This document shows, in pieces, positions 19,260 to 29,440 of a DNA stretch of 64,000 bases. The stretch comes from Brevibacillus sp. SYSU BS000544 (GTDB taxonomy: Bacteria; Bacillota; Bacilli; Brevibacillales; Brevibacillaceae): assembly GCF_049846925.1 (NCBI RefSeq), contig NZ_JBNCMT010000002.1, positions 7,885-71,884 on the forward strand, given 5' to 3'. Position numbers and translations under genes: made by a program. The notes under the pieces were generated by a model, which saw nothing but the letters and a program-made list of their open reading frames with translations, searched no databases and was not told the DNA's origin. Numbering within the stretch: position 1 is the first letter of the stretch; each line of letters begins with the position of its first letter.

Positions 19260-19423
19260 CTTCCCCTCCTTAGAGACATCATAGTTTTTCAAAGTATCGA
19301 TAGACATCTCCTTTTGTTACTATTTTCAACATCCATATTCATCCATTTCATTCATATTAACAAATACAGAAACACATGCAATAAGGTGACCAGCACTTTT
19401 CAACTCGAACCATGAAAATTTAC

Positions 19424-19456
19424 AAAAAAAAATCCCTCCGAAGTTGGAGAGATTCT
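19424..19456 (-). terminator. Rho-independent terminator of the tat/moaA/molybdoenzyme operon; degenerate copy of the repeat-borne terminator
   Basis: aaaaaaaaatccctccgaagttggagaga on the plus strand. On the minus strand this is a hairpin followed by T9. Confidence 0.65.
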
Positions 19457-19461
19457 AACGA

Positions 19462-20187
19462 TCAAGCAATCTCTATCGTTCTTTGATAGATCTCTTGTTT
19501 CCTGATCACCAAATTTGAAAGAAAGATACTCAGTTCATACAAAAGAACAAGAGGGATACAAACGATTAGATCAGAAATAACATCTGGTGGCGTAATCATC
19601 GCACTTACGATAAACAAGAGAAAATAGGCGTATTTGCGATATTTCCTCAGGATGTCTGGATGTAAAATATGGATCACTGTCAGAAACATCACCACCACAG
19701 GAAGTTCAAAAACGCCAGCTACAGGAATCACAATCCCCAACAAAAAGGATATATATTTATCCAATCCATACATTTGTTGTATTTCCATGTGCATATTTAA
19801 CGAGTTGGTAAACAGAAGTACCATGCGGAACACGACAAAGTAGCCAAATAGCATTCCTATCGCAAACATACATGCTGAAAAAGGGACGTATTTTAAGGCT
19901 GCTTTTTGTTCTGATTTTTTCAGTCCTGGTTTGACAAATGCCCAAAGTTGATACATGACATAGGGCGCTGTAATAATAAGCCCCAGCGAAAAGGATAATT
20001 GCATATAGATACTCAACACGTCTCCTGGAGAAAAAACGTTCCATACCACCTTGATTGGCGCTGTTCCTTGGAGCAAGGACAAAAAACCAGGCGTATAATA
20101 CAAACTAATTATCATTGATAAAACGAGTACAATGCCAATCCGAATGAGCCGCTTACGTAATTCACCGAGATGATTAACAAGAGACAT
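19462..20187 (-). CDS. tatC: Twin-arginine translocase subunit TatC
   Basis: N-terminal LVNHLGELRKRL and 6 TM helices; ribosome-binding site AGGAGGG. Confidence 0.85.
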   Translation of the reverse strand: MSLVNHLGELRKRLIRIGIVLVLSMIISLYYTPGFLSLLQGTAPIKVVWNVFSPGDVLSIYMQLSFSLGLIITAPYVMYQLWAFVKPGLKKSEQKAALKYVPFSACMFAIGMLFGYFVVFRMVLLFTNSLNMHMEIQQMYGLDKYISFLLGIVIPVAGVFELPVVVMFLTVIHILHPDILRKYRKYAYFLLFIVSAMITPPDVISDLIVCIPLVLLYELSIFLSNLVIRKQEIYQRTIEIA

Positions 20188-20191
20188 GACA

Positions 20192-21190
20192 TTACCCTCC
20201 TATTTGGGACATGCTTCTTACGGTCATCGAATCTTCATGTGTCAGCATATAGGCTTTTGACATTTCATGAGACTCTGGCTTTTGGTTTAGTACTCGGTGA
20301 ATCATTTCTATCATGTCAGTTTCGCTATCTATCCATTTTCGAATGTAGGATTCGTCGTTCCAAAACAAGCATCCTTTGAGATAGCCATCGGACGTTAAAC
20401 GCAGGCGATTACAGGAATGGCAGAAGTGATTGCTTACCGCATGAATCAAACCAAACTGCCCCTTTGCTCCGTCGATCTTGTAATACCTGGCTGGTCCATT
20501 TGCATTTTCTGCTTGCACTGGCCTTGCATTCCAATCATGCATGTGACAAGTTTGGATCACCTGATCTAGTGGTAGAAAACCATTCTTCCAAGGTTTCAAG
20601 GACCCAATTGGCATATACTCAATAAACCGGACGTGTATGGGCAAAGTGATACTTAATCGCAAGAAATCAGCTATCTCATCGTGATTGACACCATCGATCA
20701 AAACCACATTCACTTTAATTGGACTGATACCAATCCGCTGACACTCATCGATGCTATTTAGTACACGCTGAATATCTCCACCACGAGTTATCATCGAATA
20801 TCGTTCTGGCTTTAGCGAATCCAGGCTGATGTTCACTCGTTTTAGCCCTGCTTCTTTTAGTTTTTGGGCTTTTTTAGCCAACAATAGTCCATTGCTTGTC
20901 ATTGAAATATCTCGAATCGTAGGAATAGAGGCCAAACTTGCCACTAATGACTCCACATCAGGACGGAGCAAAGGTTCACCTCCTGTCAGGCGGACTCGCG
21001 AAATCCCCATTTTAGCCATGACCCGAACAACCTTCACAATCTCCTCATTCGTCAATAACGATTGATCGGGTAGAAATGATGTCCCTTTCGGAGGCATGCA
21101 GTACATACAACGTAAATTGCATCTGTCCGTAATTGATATTCGTAAATAATCATGCACTCGCCCAAATGAGTCAACCAGCTTTCCTGACAT
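20192..21190 (-). CDS. moaA: GTP 3',8-cyclase MoaA (molybdenum cofactor biosynthesis protein A)
   Basis: Radical-SAM CNLRCMYC cluster motif, C-terminal second cluster cysteines, and full-length MoaA similarity. Confidence 0.9.
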   Translation of the reverse strand: MSGKLVDSFGRVHDYLRISITDRCNLRCMYCMPPKGTSFLPDQSLLTNEEIVKVVRVMAKMGISRVRLTGGEPLLRPDVESLVASLASIPTIRDISMTSNGLLLAKKAQKLKEAGLKRVNISLDSLKPERYSMITRGGDIQRVLNSIDECQRIGISPIKVNVVLIDGVNHDEIADFLRLSITLPIHVRFIEYMPIGSLKPWKNGFLPLDQVIQTCHMHDWNARPVQAENANGPARYYKIDGAKGQFGLIHAVSNHFCHSCNRLRLTSDGYLKGCLFWNDESYIRKWIDSETDMIEMIHRVLNQKPESHEMSKAYMLTHEDSMTVRSMSQIGG

Positions 21191-21225
21191 AATCCTCACC
21201 TATTCCTGCTAGTTCAGCCATAATT

Positions 21226-21423
21226 TCAAATCTTGCTGCTTTCAGAAGACTCCTTGTGAACTGGTTTTTCTTCATCCGCCATCATTTCTTTGGCACTTGA
21301 CTTAAACTCTCGTAACGTTTTGCCAAAGGCACGTCCAAGCTCTGGAAGTTTCGATGGGCCAAAAACCAACAAAGCAACGAACAAAATCAGGATCAACGTT
21401 CCAGGTCCAATATTTTGTAACAT
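21226..21423 (-). CDS. tatA: Twin-arginine translocase subunit TatA/E
   Basis: 65 aa with a TM helix plus amphipathic helix (…LVFGPSKLPELGRAFGKTLREFK…). Confidence 0.8.
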   Translation of the reverse strand: MLQNIGPGTLILILFVALLVFGPSKLPELGRAFGKTLREFKSSAKEMMADEEKPVHKESSESSKI

Positions 21424-21441
21424 ATCAATTCCTCCCTATTC

Positions 21442-22500
21442 TTAGATCAGGCTGGATTCTGACTGAAACAACACTTCAGCGGGATGTTCCACAAGCGAAA
21501 TATTCTTTTCCCAGCAAACTTCTCTACACAAGCCACATTCTACACATGTAGCTGGTTGCAATCTGATTTCTCTTCCTAGCCCATTTTCCGTTTCTATCAT
21601 GCGAAGTGCTTGCGTCGGACAGAGAATGGTGCATGCTCCACAGATATCACATGAATCGTTTATTACTGGCAACTTGACGGTCATCCGTTGCATAAGGTTC
21701 TGATCCTGCTGTAGTTGATGCAACAATATTTTTCGTCTTTCCACATAGGTGTATCGTGATTCTCTCAGGATTTTTTCTACTATTTCTGCTTTTTTCTGCC
21801 GGATTTCCTCTGGTATTTCTGATATCTCAGCTAGTCTCTGTTCCTGTGTCTCACCAAGAATCTCTTTGAATACTTCCTTACCTGATTCTTTGAATTCATG
21901 AAGTGCAAATTGCAAAAACTGACGACGGCTACTATCGTAGGCATAGTCCCTGTCTATTTTCTCTACGGAAAAATATCGAGTTGCTTTCTTCTCGCAGAGG
22001 GTTTCCGCACGCCCCAACTGTTCGCTCCAAACCCGCTCACCTGTTGTAACCTCACACGTTTGACAACTTCCTTCTGGTAAATAAATAGAAAGCGAAGGAG
22101 AGGTAAGCAGCATTGACATCCAGACTTCCCAAGGAATTACTGCTAAACAAGGCACCTTCAAACCTACTATCTGTTCAGGAAATAACTGCTTGGAACAGGT
22201 AATATAAACTCTGCCTTCATCCACAAATTGACGTTCTGTTTGCTCCAGCATTCGTTTAAAGGAGGGGCGCTTCCAAGAAAATGCGTTGGTTGGACAAACC
22301 ACTCCACAGATTCCACATTCCAGACAGTCTGTCATCACGATCTCTTTGGCTGTTAATCTGATACTGTTTGAAGGGCAGTTGTCCATACAAAGCGTACAGG
22401 TACTTGCCGTTGATTTTAGCCGAGTGCAAACTTCCTTTTGAATCTCCACAGGTGACGCGTGTCGCTCGAACGCATTCATCAATTTAAACAAGTTAATCAT
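21442..22500 (-). CDS. Polyferredoxin-like 4Fe-4S cluster protein (352 aa) linked to the molybdoenzyme operon
   Basis: Motifs CTLCMDNCP, CLECGICGVVCP, CQTC, CDICGACTILCP and CVECGLCREVC; ribosome-binding site AAAGGAGGG. Confidence 0.6.
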   Translation of the reverse strand: MINLFKLMNAFERHASPVEIQKEVCTRLKSTASTCTLCMDNCPSNSIRLTAKEIVMTDCLECGICGVVCPTNAFSWKRPSFKRMLEQTERQFVDEGRVYITCSKQLFPEQIVGLKVPCLAVIPWEVWMSMLLTSPSLSIYLPEGSCQTCEVTTGERVWSEQLGRAETLCEKKATRYFSVEKIDRDYAYDSSRRQFLQFALHEFKESGKEVFKEILGETQEQRLAEISEIPEEIRQKKAEIVEKILRESRYTYVERRKILLHQLQQDQNLMQRMTVKLPVINDSCDICGACTILCPTQALRMIETENGLGREIRLQPATCVECGLCREVCWEKNISLVEHPAEVLFQSESSLI

Positions 22501-22530
22501 GGCTGCACCCTCCTTTCTTCGAACATACGT

Positions 22531-23337
22531 CTATAAATGAACCGCCGTTGTATAGAACAAGATTCTTCCTAACAACTCACTTATCATCAGCAACAAAAAC
22601 ATGAGACTACAGGTAACTGTATTATTGCTTTTGCTCCCTTTGATCGTTGGAAGAAGCATGGCTAGCACTACACCCAATAAAGCCATGCGAATCCAAAACA
22701 TGCCACTGTTTACGATCTGAACGCCAGACTGTGCCGCTTGTTCCAATCCAGAGAATAGAGAGGTGAGGTAAACAACTAGAAATATGACGGACAAACCCGT
22801 ACTGACCAGGGTAATACGTGAAAAGTCAAAGTTTTGCTCTTTTCTCCATTGCAGGACAGCTCCTACAAAAATGGGTCCCAACAGGATTGACGTCAGAAAA
22901 AAGGAGAGTGTCGTTGACCCGCTGTTCCATGCTGGAATCGCTGGAATCGTATAAATCATCGCAGAGGAAAAAATCGTCCCTGCTCCGAACAGAGTAGCTA
23001 AAGCACCAACTGTTTTTCGATTGGCAGGGCGGTCTGCTTTCCAAAAATAGCAATACATCAGACTGAACAGTATGAATATTGCATATACAGTAACCTCGCG
23101 ACTTAGCCAGGACTCGCCAATATTAAGAATCGCCCGATACGCTTCCAACGGATGCCCCAAGTGAAATAAGGAGATTAGCACTCCGACGATTGCAATGCCA
23201 GCAATTACAGAACTGATGGTAAAGCCAGATGAAACGGAAATTTTTTTGCCTGTTATCTCCAGCAGCCATAAGGTCACAAGTGCACCAATTGCAACCTGAG
23301 ATAAAACAGTGAAGAGTACGAGTGGAAAGTCATGCAT
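22531..23337 (-). CDS. DmsC-family membrane anchor subunit of a DMSO-reductase-family enzyme
   Basis: 8 TM helices. N-terminus HDFPLVLFTVLSQVAIGA and C-terminus ELLGRILFYTTAVHL resemble E. coli DmsC (WPLMIFTVFGQCVAG...GELIGRGVFYGLHMTV). The ATG overlaps the upstream TAA (TAATG). Confidence 0.75.
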   Translation of the reverse strand: MHDFPLVLFTVLSQVAIGALVTLWLLEITGKKISVSSGFTISSVIAGIAIVGVLISLFHLGHPLEAYRAILNIGESWLSREVTVYAIFILFSLMYCYFWKADRPANRKTVGALATLFGAGTIFSSAMIYTIPAIPAWNSGSTTLSFFLTSILLGPIFVGAVLQWRKEQNFDFSRITLVSTGLSVIFLVVYLTSLFSGLEQAAQSGVQIVNSGMFWIRMALLGVVLAMLLPTIKGSKSNNTVTCSLMFLLLMISELLGRILFYTTAVHL

Positions 23338-23897
23338 TACACGTCCCTCCTTACTTGCTTTCCTGTTTTCGGTAGGATAAATCGAGTAGTCGGGTGGGTA
23401 ATGGCCGTGTTAGCAAATCCAGCGACAGATACTTCGAGGTTGGCTCGATTTTCCTTCTCCAAATCAATCACTTCTAATGCATCCATTGGACATTTGGATA
23501 CACAGATGGGTTGTTTTCCTTCATCCTGCAATTGATAGCACATGCTGCACTTGTCCATTTTCTTCGTTGTATTGTTAAACTGCGGGACTTTGTAGGGACA
23601 AGCCTTGGCACACATTTTACAGCCAATACAGAGACTAGGATCGTGGACGACAATGCCATCCTCTCGTTTGGTATACGCTCCGACAGGGCACGCTTTTTTG
23701 CATGCAGGATCATCACAGTGATTACACGCAGAAGACAGATATGCTCGTGTAGGAGACCCGGTTAATAGCTCTGGCAACTCTCTTACGGTTCGACGGCTCA
23801 TGTCAGGTTCCAACTGATAAAAGCTTTTGCATGAAATCTCACAGGCATGACAACCGATACAGCGATCAATGTTAACTACAAATGCTTTTTTAGCCAC
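23337..23897 (-). CDS. DmsB-like 4Fe-4S electron-transfer subunit
   Basis: Four ferredoxin cysteine clusters in DmsB order (CIGCHACEISC…CNHCDDPACKKACP…CIGCKMCAKACP…CSMC…CVSKCP). Confidence 0.85.
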   Translation of the reverse strand: MAKKAFVVNIDRCIGCHACEISCKSFYQLEPDMSRRTVRELPELLTGSPTRAYLSSACNHCDDPACKKACPVGAYTKREDGIVVHDPSLCIGCKMCAKACPYKVPQFNNTTKKMDKCSMCYQLQDEGKQPICVSKCPMDALEVIDLEKENRANLEVSVAGFANTAITHPTTRFILPKTGKQVRRDV

Positions 23898-23910
23898 CTC
23901 CTATCCCCCC

Positions 23911-26124
23911 TTATGCTTTTTCGATGTTTACGAAATTATCGTGGAATGCAATTCCGGGCATCCCTGTTTGATAGGTTCCCATATCAGCCGGGATGGCTTT
24001 CACGGTAAAATTCACGTTAAAATCCTGATCTTTGTACCATGCTTCGTATACCGCTACTGTGTCCTTAGGCACATTTTGGGTAATCTTGGCTGGCACAATA
24101 ATGTATCCGATATCGTTAAACATTTTGACATTATCGTTTTCACTGATCCCTTTTTCTTTCGCTAGTGATGGGTGAATTTCGATAAACGGCTTGTTATTAA
24201 TTTTCTCTACCCAATCAAGATTCTGGAATTGGCTATGAAGACCAAATTTCCAGTGCGGTGAGATGCAGCGAATCGGATACGCCTCGGGTGCTTGAAGCTC
24301 TTCGAGATAGACTGGGAGCTGATGATTATTAAATTCAGTCGCCTTTTCAGACCAGAATTCATACTTACCAGATGGTGTTTTGAATTGATTGTCTTTCCAT
24401 TGGATTTCCATCCCTTTTGCTTTGGCAGTTCCCGTTTTATACAGGTCTTTCCAGTCGTTTAGTCCAAACATCTGATAAATACCATCATTAAATTCTTTGC
24501 CTACCCACTCTTCCAAATTACCTGACGTTGGGTACGTACATGATCCGGGTTCGATTTCATTCATTTTTTTGGACAATCCCATCGCAATTTCTACATCGCT
24601 CTTGGCTTCATACATTGGTTTGATCGCCTGTTGGTTGATATTAATCCAATAGTGCCAGTAGCTTACATTTACACCCCAACTCTCGAATGGAGTCGTAACG
24701 GGCAGCACCAGATCAGACATCTTTACGGTATTGGTCATAAACATGTCTGCGGTAACAATGAAATCCATCTGCTCAAATGCTTTTTGTACAACTTGCGTTT
24801 CCGGATCTTGGGAAAGTGGATTACGACAGGCGATCCACAGCATTTTGATCGGCGGCTCTTTTGCCGCTAATACCTCGGCGCCAAAATTATTAATGTTGAT
24901 GGCACGATCCTTTTCTCCCCCGCTTCCCTTTGGAGCCTTTTGGATCATCGCATGGTAATTGAAGCCCCATGTCGTAAGTTGTGCGTAGTTAGCGCCACCG
25001 CCTAAAACTCCTATGTTGCCGGTCAATGCAGCCAATGCATCAATCGCCCTGACGTTGGCCCCACCATTGGTATGACGCTGCGATCCGTACCCAATCCAGA
25101 TATTTGCCGGTTTTGCTGTGGCATATTCTCTCGCCAGGCGCTCTATTACTTCAACTGGTATACCTGTTTTTTCAGATGCCCATTCTAGCGTTATATTGGT
25201 TTTCACATAATCCAAAAACTCTTTGTATCCTTTGGAGTGCTGCTGCATCCAGTTCTCATCATACAGCTTGTGATCAATAATATATCGGGCCATGCCTAGC
25301 GCAAGCGCACCATCCGTACTCGCCTTGACCTGGATATATTCATCCGCTTTGGCTGCCGTCTGCGTCAGAATAGGATCAATGACAACGATCTTGCACCCTT
25401 TTTCTTTTGCTTTCTCAATAATGCTCATCGAGTGCACGGCACACCATGCAGGATTTGCTCCCCAGACGATCAGATACTTGGCATGTACCATTTGTTCTGG
25501 ATCGGCATTGGCGATTGTCCCCATATCATACGCCTGCGAATCAATTCCAGCAGGCCAGCAAGGAGTTCCTGTCGCTCTGGTGGTATATCCGATGCTGGAC
25601 AATGTACCTTCCACCCCATAATTGAGGATGTTGAAGTTGCCAGAGTATTTGTTTAAACAAATCGGAAGTGTGCTGCCATACTCTTTTTTAATTGCGAAAA
25701 TCTTTTCGGCAATGATTGTAAAAGCTTCGTCCCAACTGATCCGCTCCCACTTGCCGCTGCCTCTGCCGATCTGACGCATGGGATACTTGATGCGATCTGG
25801 CGAATAGACCATCCTTGGATAGGTGTTCCCTTTGATGCACAGCTTCCCGTTTGTATAAGTGTTGTTTTCATTCCCGGTTACAAAAGTTATCGTGCCGTCT
25901 TTTACCGTTGTTATCATTGAACAGGTATCATAGCAATTTCGCGGACATGCATTGAAAAATGTTTGTTCAGCACCCTCCGCTCCCGCTTTCTGTGGAGCAA
26001 GGCCCAGAAATTCATATTCTTTGGAGAATTTCAATCCAAATAAAGCACTAACGGTAGCTCCCACAGTTCCTGTCACTTTTAAAAAGCTGCGTCTGGATAT
26101 TTTATTGTCATTCATCGGGCTCAT
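23911..26124 (-). CDS. Molybdopterin (bis-MGD) oxidoreductase catalytic subunit, DmsA-like, Tat-exported
   Basis: Twin-arginine signal ISRRSFLKVTGTVGA; N-terminal Fe-S motif CPRNCYDTCSM; molybdopterin oxidoreductase domains; ribosome-binding site AAAGGAGGG. Confidence 0.85.
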   Translation of the reverse strand: MSPMNDNKISRRSFLKVTGTVGATVSALFGLKFSKEYEFLGLAPQKAGAEGAEQTFFNACPRNCYDTCSMITTVKDGTITFVTGNENNTYTNGKLCIKGNTYPRMVYSPDRIKYPMRQIGRGSGKWERISWDEAFTIIAEKIFAIKKEYGSTLPICLNKYSGNFNILNYGVEGTLSSIGYTTRATGTPCWPAGIDSQAYDMGTIANADPEQMVHAKYLIVWGANPAWCAVHSMSIIEKAKEKGCKIVVIDPILTQTAAKADEYIQVKASTDGALALGMARYIIDHKLYDENWMQQHSKGYKEFLDYVKTNITLEWASEKTGIPVEVIERLAREYATAKPANIWIGYGSQRHTNGGANVRAIDALAALTGNIGVLGGGANYAQLTTWGFNYHAMIQKAPKGSGGEKDRAININNFGAEVLAAKEPPIKMLWIACRNPLSQDPETQVVQKAFEQMDFIVTADMFMTNTVKMSDLVLPVTTPFESWGVNVSYWHYWININQQAIKPMYEAKSDVEIAMGLSKKMNEIEPGSCTYPTSGNLEEWVGKEFNDGIYQMFGLNDWKDLYKTGTAKAKGMEIQWKDNQFKTPSGKYEFWSEKATEFNNHQLPVYLEELQAPEAYPIRCISPHWKFGLHSQFQNLDWVEKINNKPFIEIHPSLAKEKGISENDNVKMFNDIGYIIVPAKITQNVPKDTVAVYEAWYKDQDFNVNFTVKAIPADMGTYQTGMPGIAFHDNFVNIEKA

Positions 26125-26136
26125 TTCCCTCCTTTA

Positions 26137-26757
26137 TCATTGGTAAAATAGCCTCTCCTGCTCAACCTCCAAAACTCCTTCCAAGAGATACGCCATTGCC
26201 TGACAAATTCGATTCTCAGCGTGTTTGTGAATATTTTCACAAAACTCCTTAAACCAAACCAAAAGATGTTTCTCTAGGAACTCTTTATACTGGTCAGGAA
26301 ATCCCTCTTCGGCATGAGTGGCAAGCAGGTAACAAATAAACTCTAGTTCCAAAGCAAGATGATCATCCGGCTCCATTCCCTTGTTGGCTACCTCTACACC
26401 TGCCTGTGAATAAAACAATCTAACCTGCAAGGTCTCCCTTTGCATCAATGTTTTTTCGGGGTTTCGGTAGCTTGATTCATACGGTGAAGCAAGCAGCTTG
26501 TCTGGTCCAACAAAGAGCCTATTAAATTCATACTCCACTTGCAGTGCATCTTCTTCTTGTATTCCAAGCAATAAATCAATGCATTTCCATATTTTCTGAC
26601 TAGGTAAAAGCAGTTGATACGCCTCTATGCTTGTGCAAATTTCCTTCCAATCTTGCGCACTCCACTTCAATGAACGCCCTGCATAAAAGTTCTGAAGGAT
26701 CATGAACATGCGAAAACACTCTTCCAGATGCTGGCTATACGTGTGGTTTGGTAGCAT
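26137..26757 (-). CDS. TorD/DmsD-family molybdoenzyme maturation chaperone (putative)
   Basis: ~200-aa all-helical protein immediately upstream of the Tat-dependent catalytic subunit; ribosome-binding site GGAGGAGAG. Confidence 0.55.
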   Translation of the reverse strand: MLPNHTYSQHLEECFRMFMILQNFYAGRSLKWSAQDWKEICTSIEAYQLLLPSQKIWKCIDLLLGIQEEDALQVEYEFNRLFVGPDKLLASPYESSYRNPEKTLMQRETLQVRLFYSQAGVEVANKGMEPDDHLALELEFICYLLATHAEEGFPDQYKEFLEKHLLVWFKEFCENIHKHAENRICQAMAYLLEGVLEVEQERLFYQ

Positions 26758-27009
26758 CCTTCTCTCCTCCAGTACCCTGTTTTTGAAGCTGTTTCGATTG
26801 TTGCATCAGAGCATCAAACCGTTTTTGCTGTTCATCCGTAATTTTGACCTTTCTTTCCACAATTGGCTTGGCTATTCCCTGATACTCTAAGTTGGATGAT
26901 CTGCTTTCAATTAGCGCACTCTCTGACTTTGCAGGCTGATTCGTGCACGCCGTCATCACCAGAATAGAAAGTACCAGGCAAGAATAAATGATCATCTGTT
27001 TACCCCGCA
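26735..27009 (-). CDS. Small putative lipoprotein/secreted protein (~90 aa)
   Basis: MRGKQMIIYSCLVLSILVMTAC signal with a lipobox-like TAC. Start inferred. Confidence 0.35.
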
Positions 27010-27173
27010 TTTTCTCACCTCCTGTTTCTAGTGAAATCGTATCACCTGCCCCACTGTACAAATGAACATGTTTGAAGGAGGCAGGGTGTGAATCTATCAC
27101 ATTTCGGTGTGCAAGATTGGGTGTTGTTCATCATTTGCACAAAAAAAAGCTACAAGTTTTAGAACTTGCAGCC

Positions 27174-28754
27174 TCATGTTACTATTTGAGAAATTTTAAG
27201 TGTGACAAAAACATTTAACAAATCTTCATACGAATTCAGGCTGATATCCAGTAGGCTTTCAATCTTCTTTAACCGATTTCGCAGCGTATTGGGATGAATA
27301 TAAAGAGAGTCAGAGGTTCGAGAAATATCTCCATTTTCCTGAACATACACTTCAAGCGTTCGAACCAATTCTCCATCATGCTCACGATCATACTCCAGTA
27401 ATTCTCCAAGGGTTTCTTTGAAGAATGTAATGAGAACATCGTTGTTAATGAGACAAAGTAACCGAATCACACCAATCTCTTCAAATAAAAATACGCCTTT
27501 TCTTTTCTGAAGAAATCTGCCCATTTCCAGTGCAATCTTCGCTTCCTGAAAACTCCGAAAAATCTCCAGGTTGGATCGATACAAACGCCCAATACCAACC
27601 GTAATCCTTACATCGGGAAACTTGCCTGCCAGTACCTGCTGAATTTGTGTTGCAAGGTATTTACTGAAATCTTTTCTTTCTTTTTTGGACTGTTTCTTTT
27701 CATCAAAAACAAAGACAACCACTTGATCCTGAAAATTTGTAACGATACCTGTAAGAGCCTGTGACTGGAGGATGAAGGTAATTTGATGCTTCATACTCTC
27801 CAAGAGTTCCATACTAAGGGACTGATCATTTTCGGAATGTAATTGCAGCACCATCAGCAACGGCTGCTTGGTAAAATTCCATCCCCAGAGTTTTCCTTGC
27901 GTAATCAACATCTCTTCCGATTCAAAATTGTTATACAAGACATCATAAAGAAACTGATTGGCGTATTTTCGATTCGTCTCAAGTATCGCTTCTTCTTTCT
28001 TAAACCAGGTCACGAGGCTTGGCAAAACCTGATGAACCAGTTCAATGGTCATATCAGTAATGGTTCCTCGCTCTTGTTTGATCAACAGGAATCCGTGGTT
28101 TTCCAGTTTGAACAGCAGAAACGATTCTTGTTGTTCTTGCAATAAACGGTAATCGTCTTTGGAACCGTTTCTCATCTGTACGTACCTTTGCTTCAAAAAT
28201 GTGTATTGATCCGAACCATCTACGGAGGGCATGGAAGAATGCAAAAAGAAAAAGGGGTCCAACAAGACAACTGGATTGTCGATGATCTCTGACAAACGAT
28301 CCAGCACTTTCTGGATATGATTCTCATTTATCATCGTGAGCCAGTATCTGGTCGATTGTTCCCACGCATACCGAAATAGTCCTAATTGCTTTAGTTTTTT
28401 CATTTCCTCAATCGTGCGAATGATGGAATCAAGGTCTGTATTGTCGAGAAACAGGACTGGTTTGTGTACCTCTTTGATTTTATCAAGTAGACTTGGACGA
28501 ATGTATTTTTTATCCAGATGGTAGAGTAAGACTCCCTGAATATAATCATGGTTTACTATCTCTGGAAGTTTTTGAATGTTTTCTTGCGATACTTCAAGAA
28601 TCAGCAGCGTTTGCCTCTTTACTGCTTGCAGATTTGACGCTACATCAATAAAGAAATTACCTTTTCCTGACCATCCACTAAGTATCTCAGCTTTCTGAAA
28701 AGGGTGCGCAATAATTAGCTCTTGAAAAGTCATCGTTGTTTCCAAATTACTCAC
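27174..28754 (-). CDS. PucR/CdaR-family transcriptional regulator
   Basis: 526 aa with a C-terminal PucR-type helix-turn-helix (…YIHPNTLRNRLKKIESLLDISL…). 4-nt overlap (ATGA) with the upstream 4Fe-4S gene. Confidence 0.75.
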   Translation of the reverse strand: MSNLETTMTFQELIIAHPFQKAEILSGWSGKGNFFIDVASNLQAVKRQTLLILEVSQENIQKLPEIVNHDYIQGVLLYHLDKKYIRPSLLDKIKEVHKPVLFLDNTDLDSIIRTIEEMKKLKQLGLFRYAWEQSTRYWLTMINENHIQKVLDRLSEIIDNPVVLLDPFFFLHSSMPSVDGSDQYTFLKQRYVQMRNGSKDDYRLLQEQQESFLLFKLENHGFLLIKQERGTITDMTIELVHQVLPSLVTWFKKEEAILETNRKYANQFLYDVLYNNFESEEMLITQGKLWGWNFTKQPLLMVLQLHSENDQSLSMELLESMKHQITFILQSQALTGIVTNFQDQVVVFVFDEKKQSKKERKDFSKYLATQIQQVLAGKFPDVRITVGIGRLYRSNLEIFRSFQEAKIALEMGRFLQKRKGVFLFEEIGVIRLLCLINNDVLITFFKETLGELLEYDREHDGELVRTLEVYVQENGDISRTSDSLYIHPNTLRNRLKKIESLLDISLNSYEDLLNVFVTLKISQIVT

Positions 28755-29317
28755 TCCCTCTCATCTTGTGCCCAGAAACGTTGTGATTGTACCTTTTTTT
28801 CTTTGAAACGAATAGAAGGACAAGTAATGGATTTCATCTGATAGGAAACGATTGCTTTTTGGTGCCCGGAGTTTTGCTCGCTGTTGATGTCGATGACCTG
28901 AATTGCACCCACAATGCATGATGAGACACAAGCAGGAAGCTCTCCCGACCTCTGCCTTTCCATACAAAAATCGCATTTGTCTGCTTTTCCCGTATCAGGA
29001 ATGATCGTTATTGCGTGAAACGGACAGGCATTGACGCATAACTTGCAGCCCGAACAGTTGCTTGAATCTAGCAGAACAATCCCATTCCGAGTCTTTTTAA
29101 TGCATGCAGTCGGACAAACAGACAAACAAGCAGGATTTTGACAATGGTTACAAGCGATTGACAGATAGCCGAAGATGTTTCCGTCATTTTGAGAAAGTGA
29201 AACCACTTTTCGTCGAGAGGTATCCTTTCGATTCCTTTCGTTTTTACAGGCAAATTCACAGGTTCGACACCCGATGCATTTTTGTGTATCAACCAAGAAA
29301 CCTAGCTGTTTTTCCAT
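28751..29317 (-). CDS. Second DmsB-like 4Fe-4S ferredoxin subunit
   Basis: CIGCRTCEFAC…CNHCQNPACLSVCP…CSGCKLCVNACP…CDFC…CVSSC. Confidence 0.8.
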   Translation of the reverse strand: MEKQLGFLVDTQKCIGCRTCEFACKNERNRKDTSRRKVVSLSQNDGNIFGYLSIACNHCQNPACLSVCPTACIKKTRNGIVLLDSSNCSGCKLCVNACPFHAITIIPDTGKADKCDFCMERQRSGELPACVSSCIVGAIQVIDINSEQNSGHQKAIVSYQMKSITCPSIRFKEKKVQSQRFWAQDERE

Positions 29318-29440
29318 GGGTAGCCCTTCAATTCTTCTCTGTCATGTTGGTTGCTAAAAATCTATCGTTAGTATACTATTAGCACGAATAATTGAGCGGC
29401 ACATATATTACAGATTGTTGAATCCTAAGGGGGTCAAAAC

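Noticed and set aside
26735-26757. 23-nt overlap between the small lipoprotein ORF and the TorD-like gene
   Set aside because: Probably real but minor; the start of the lipoprotein ORF is itself uncertain, so it is not interpreted further.
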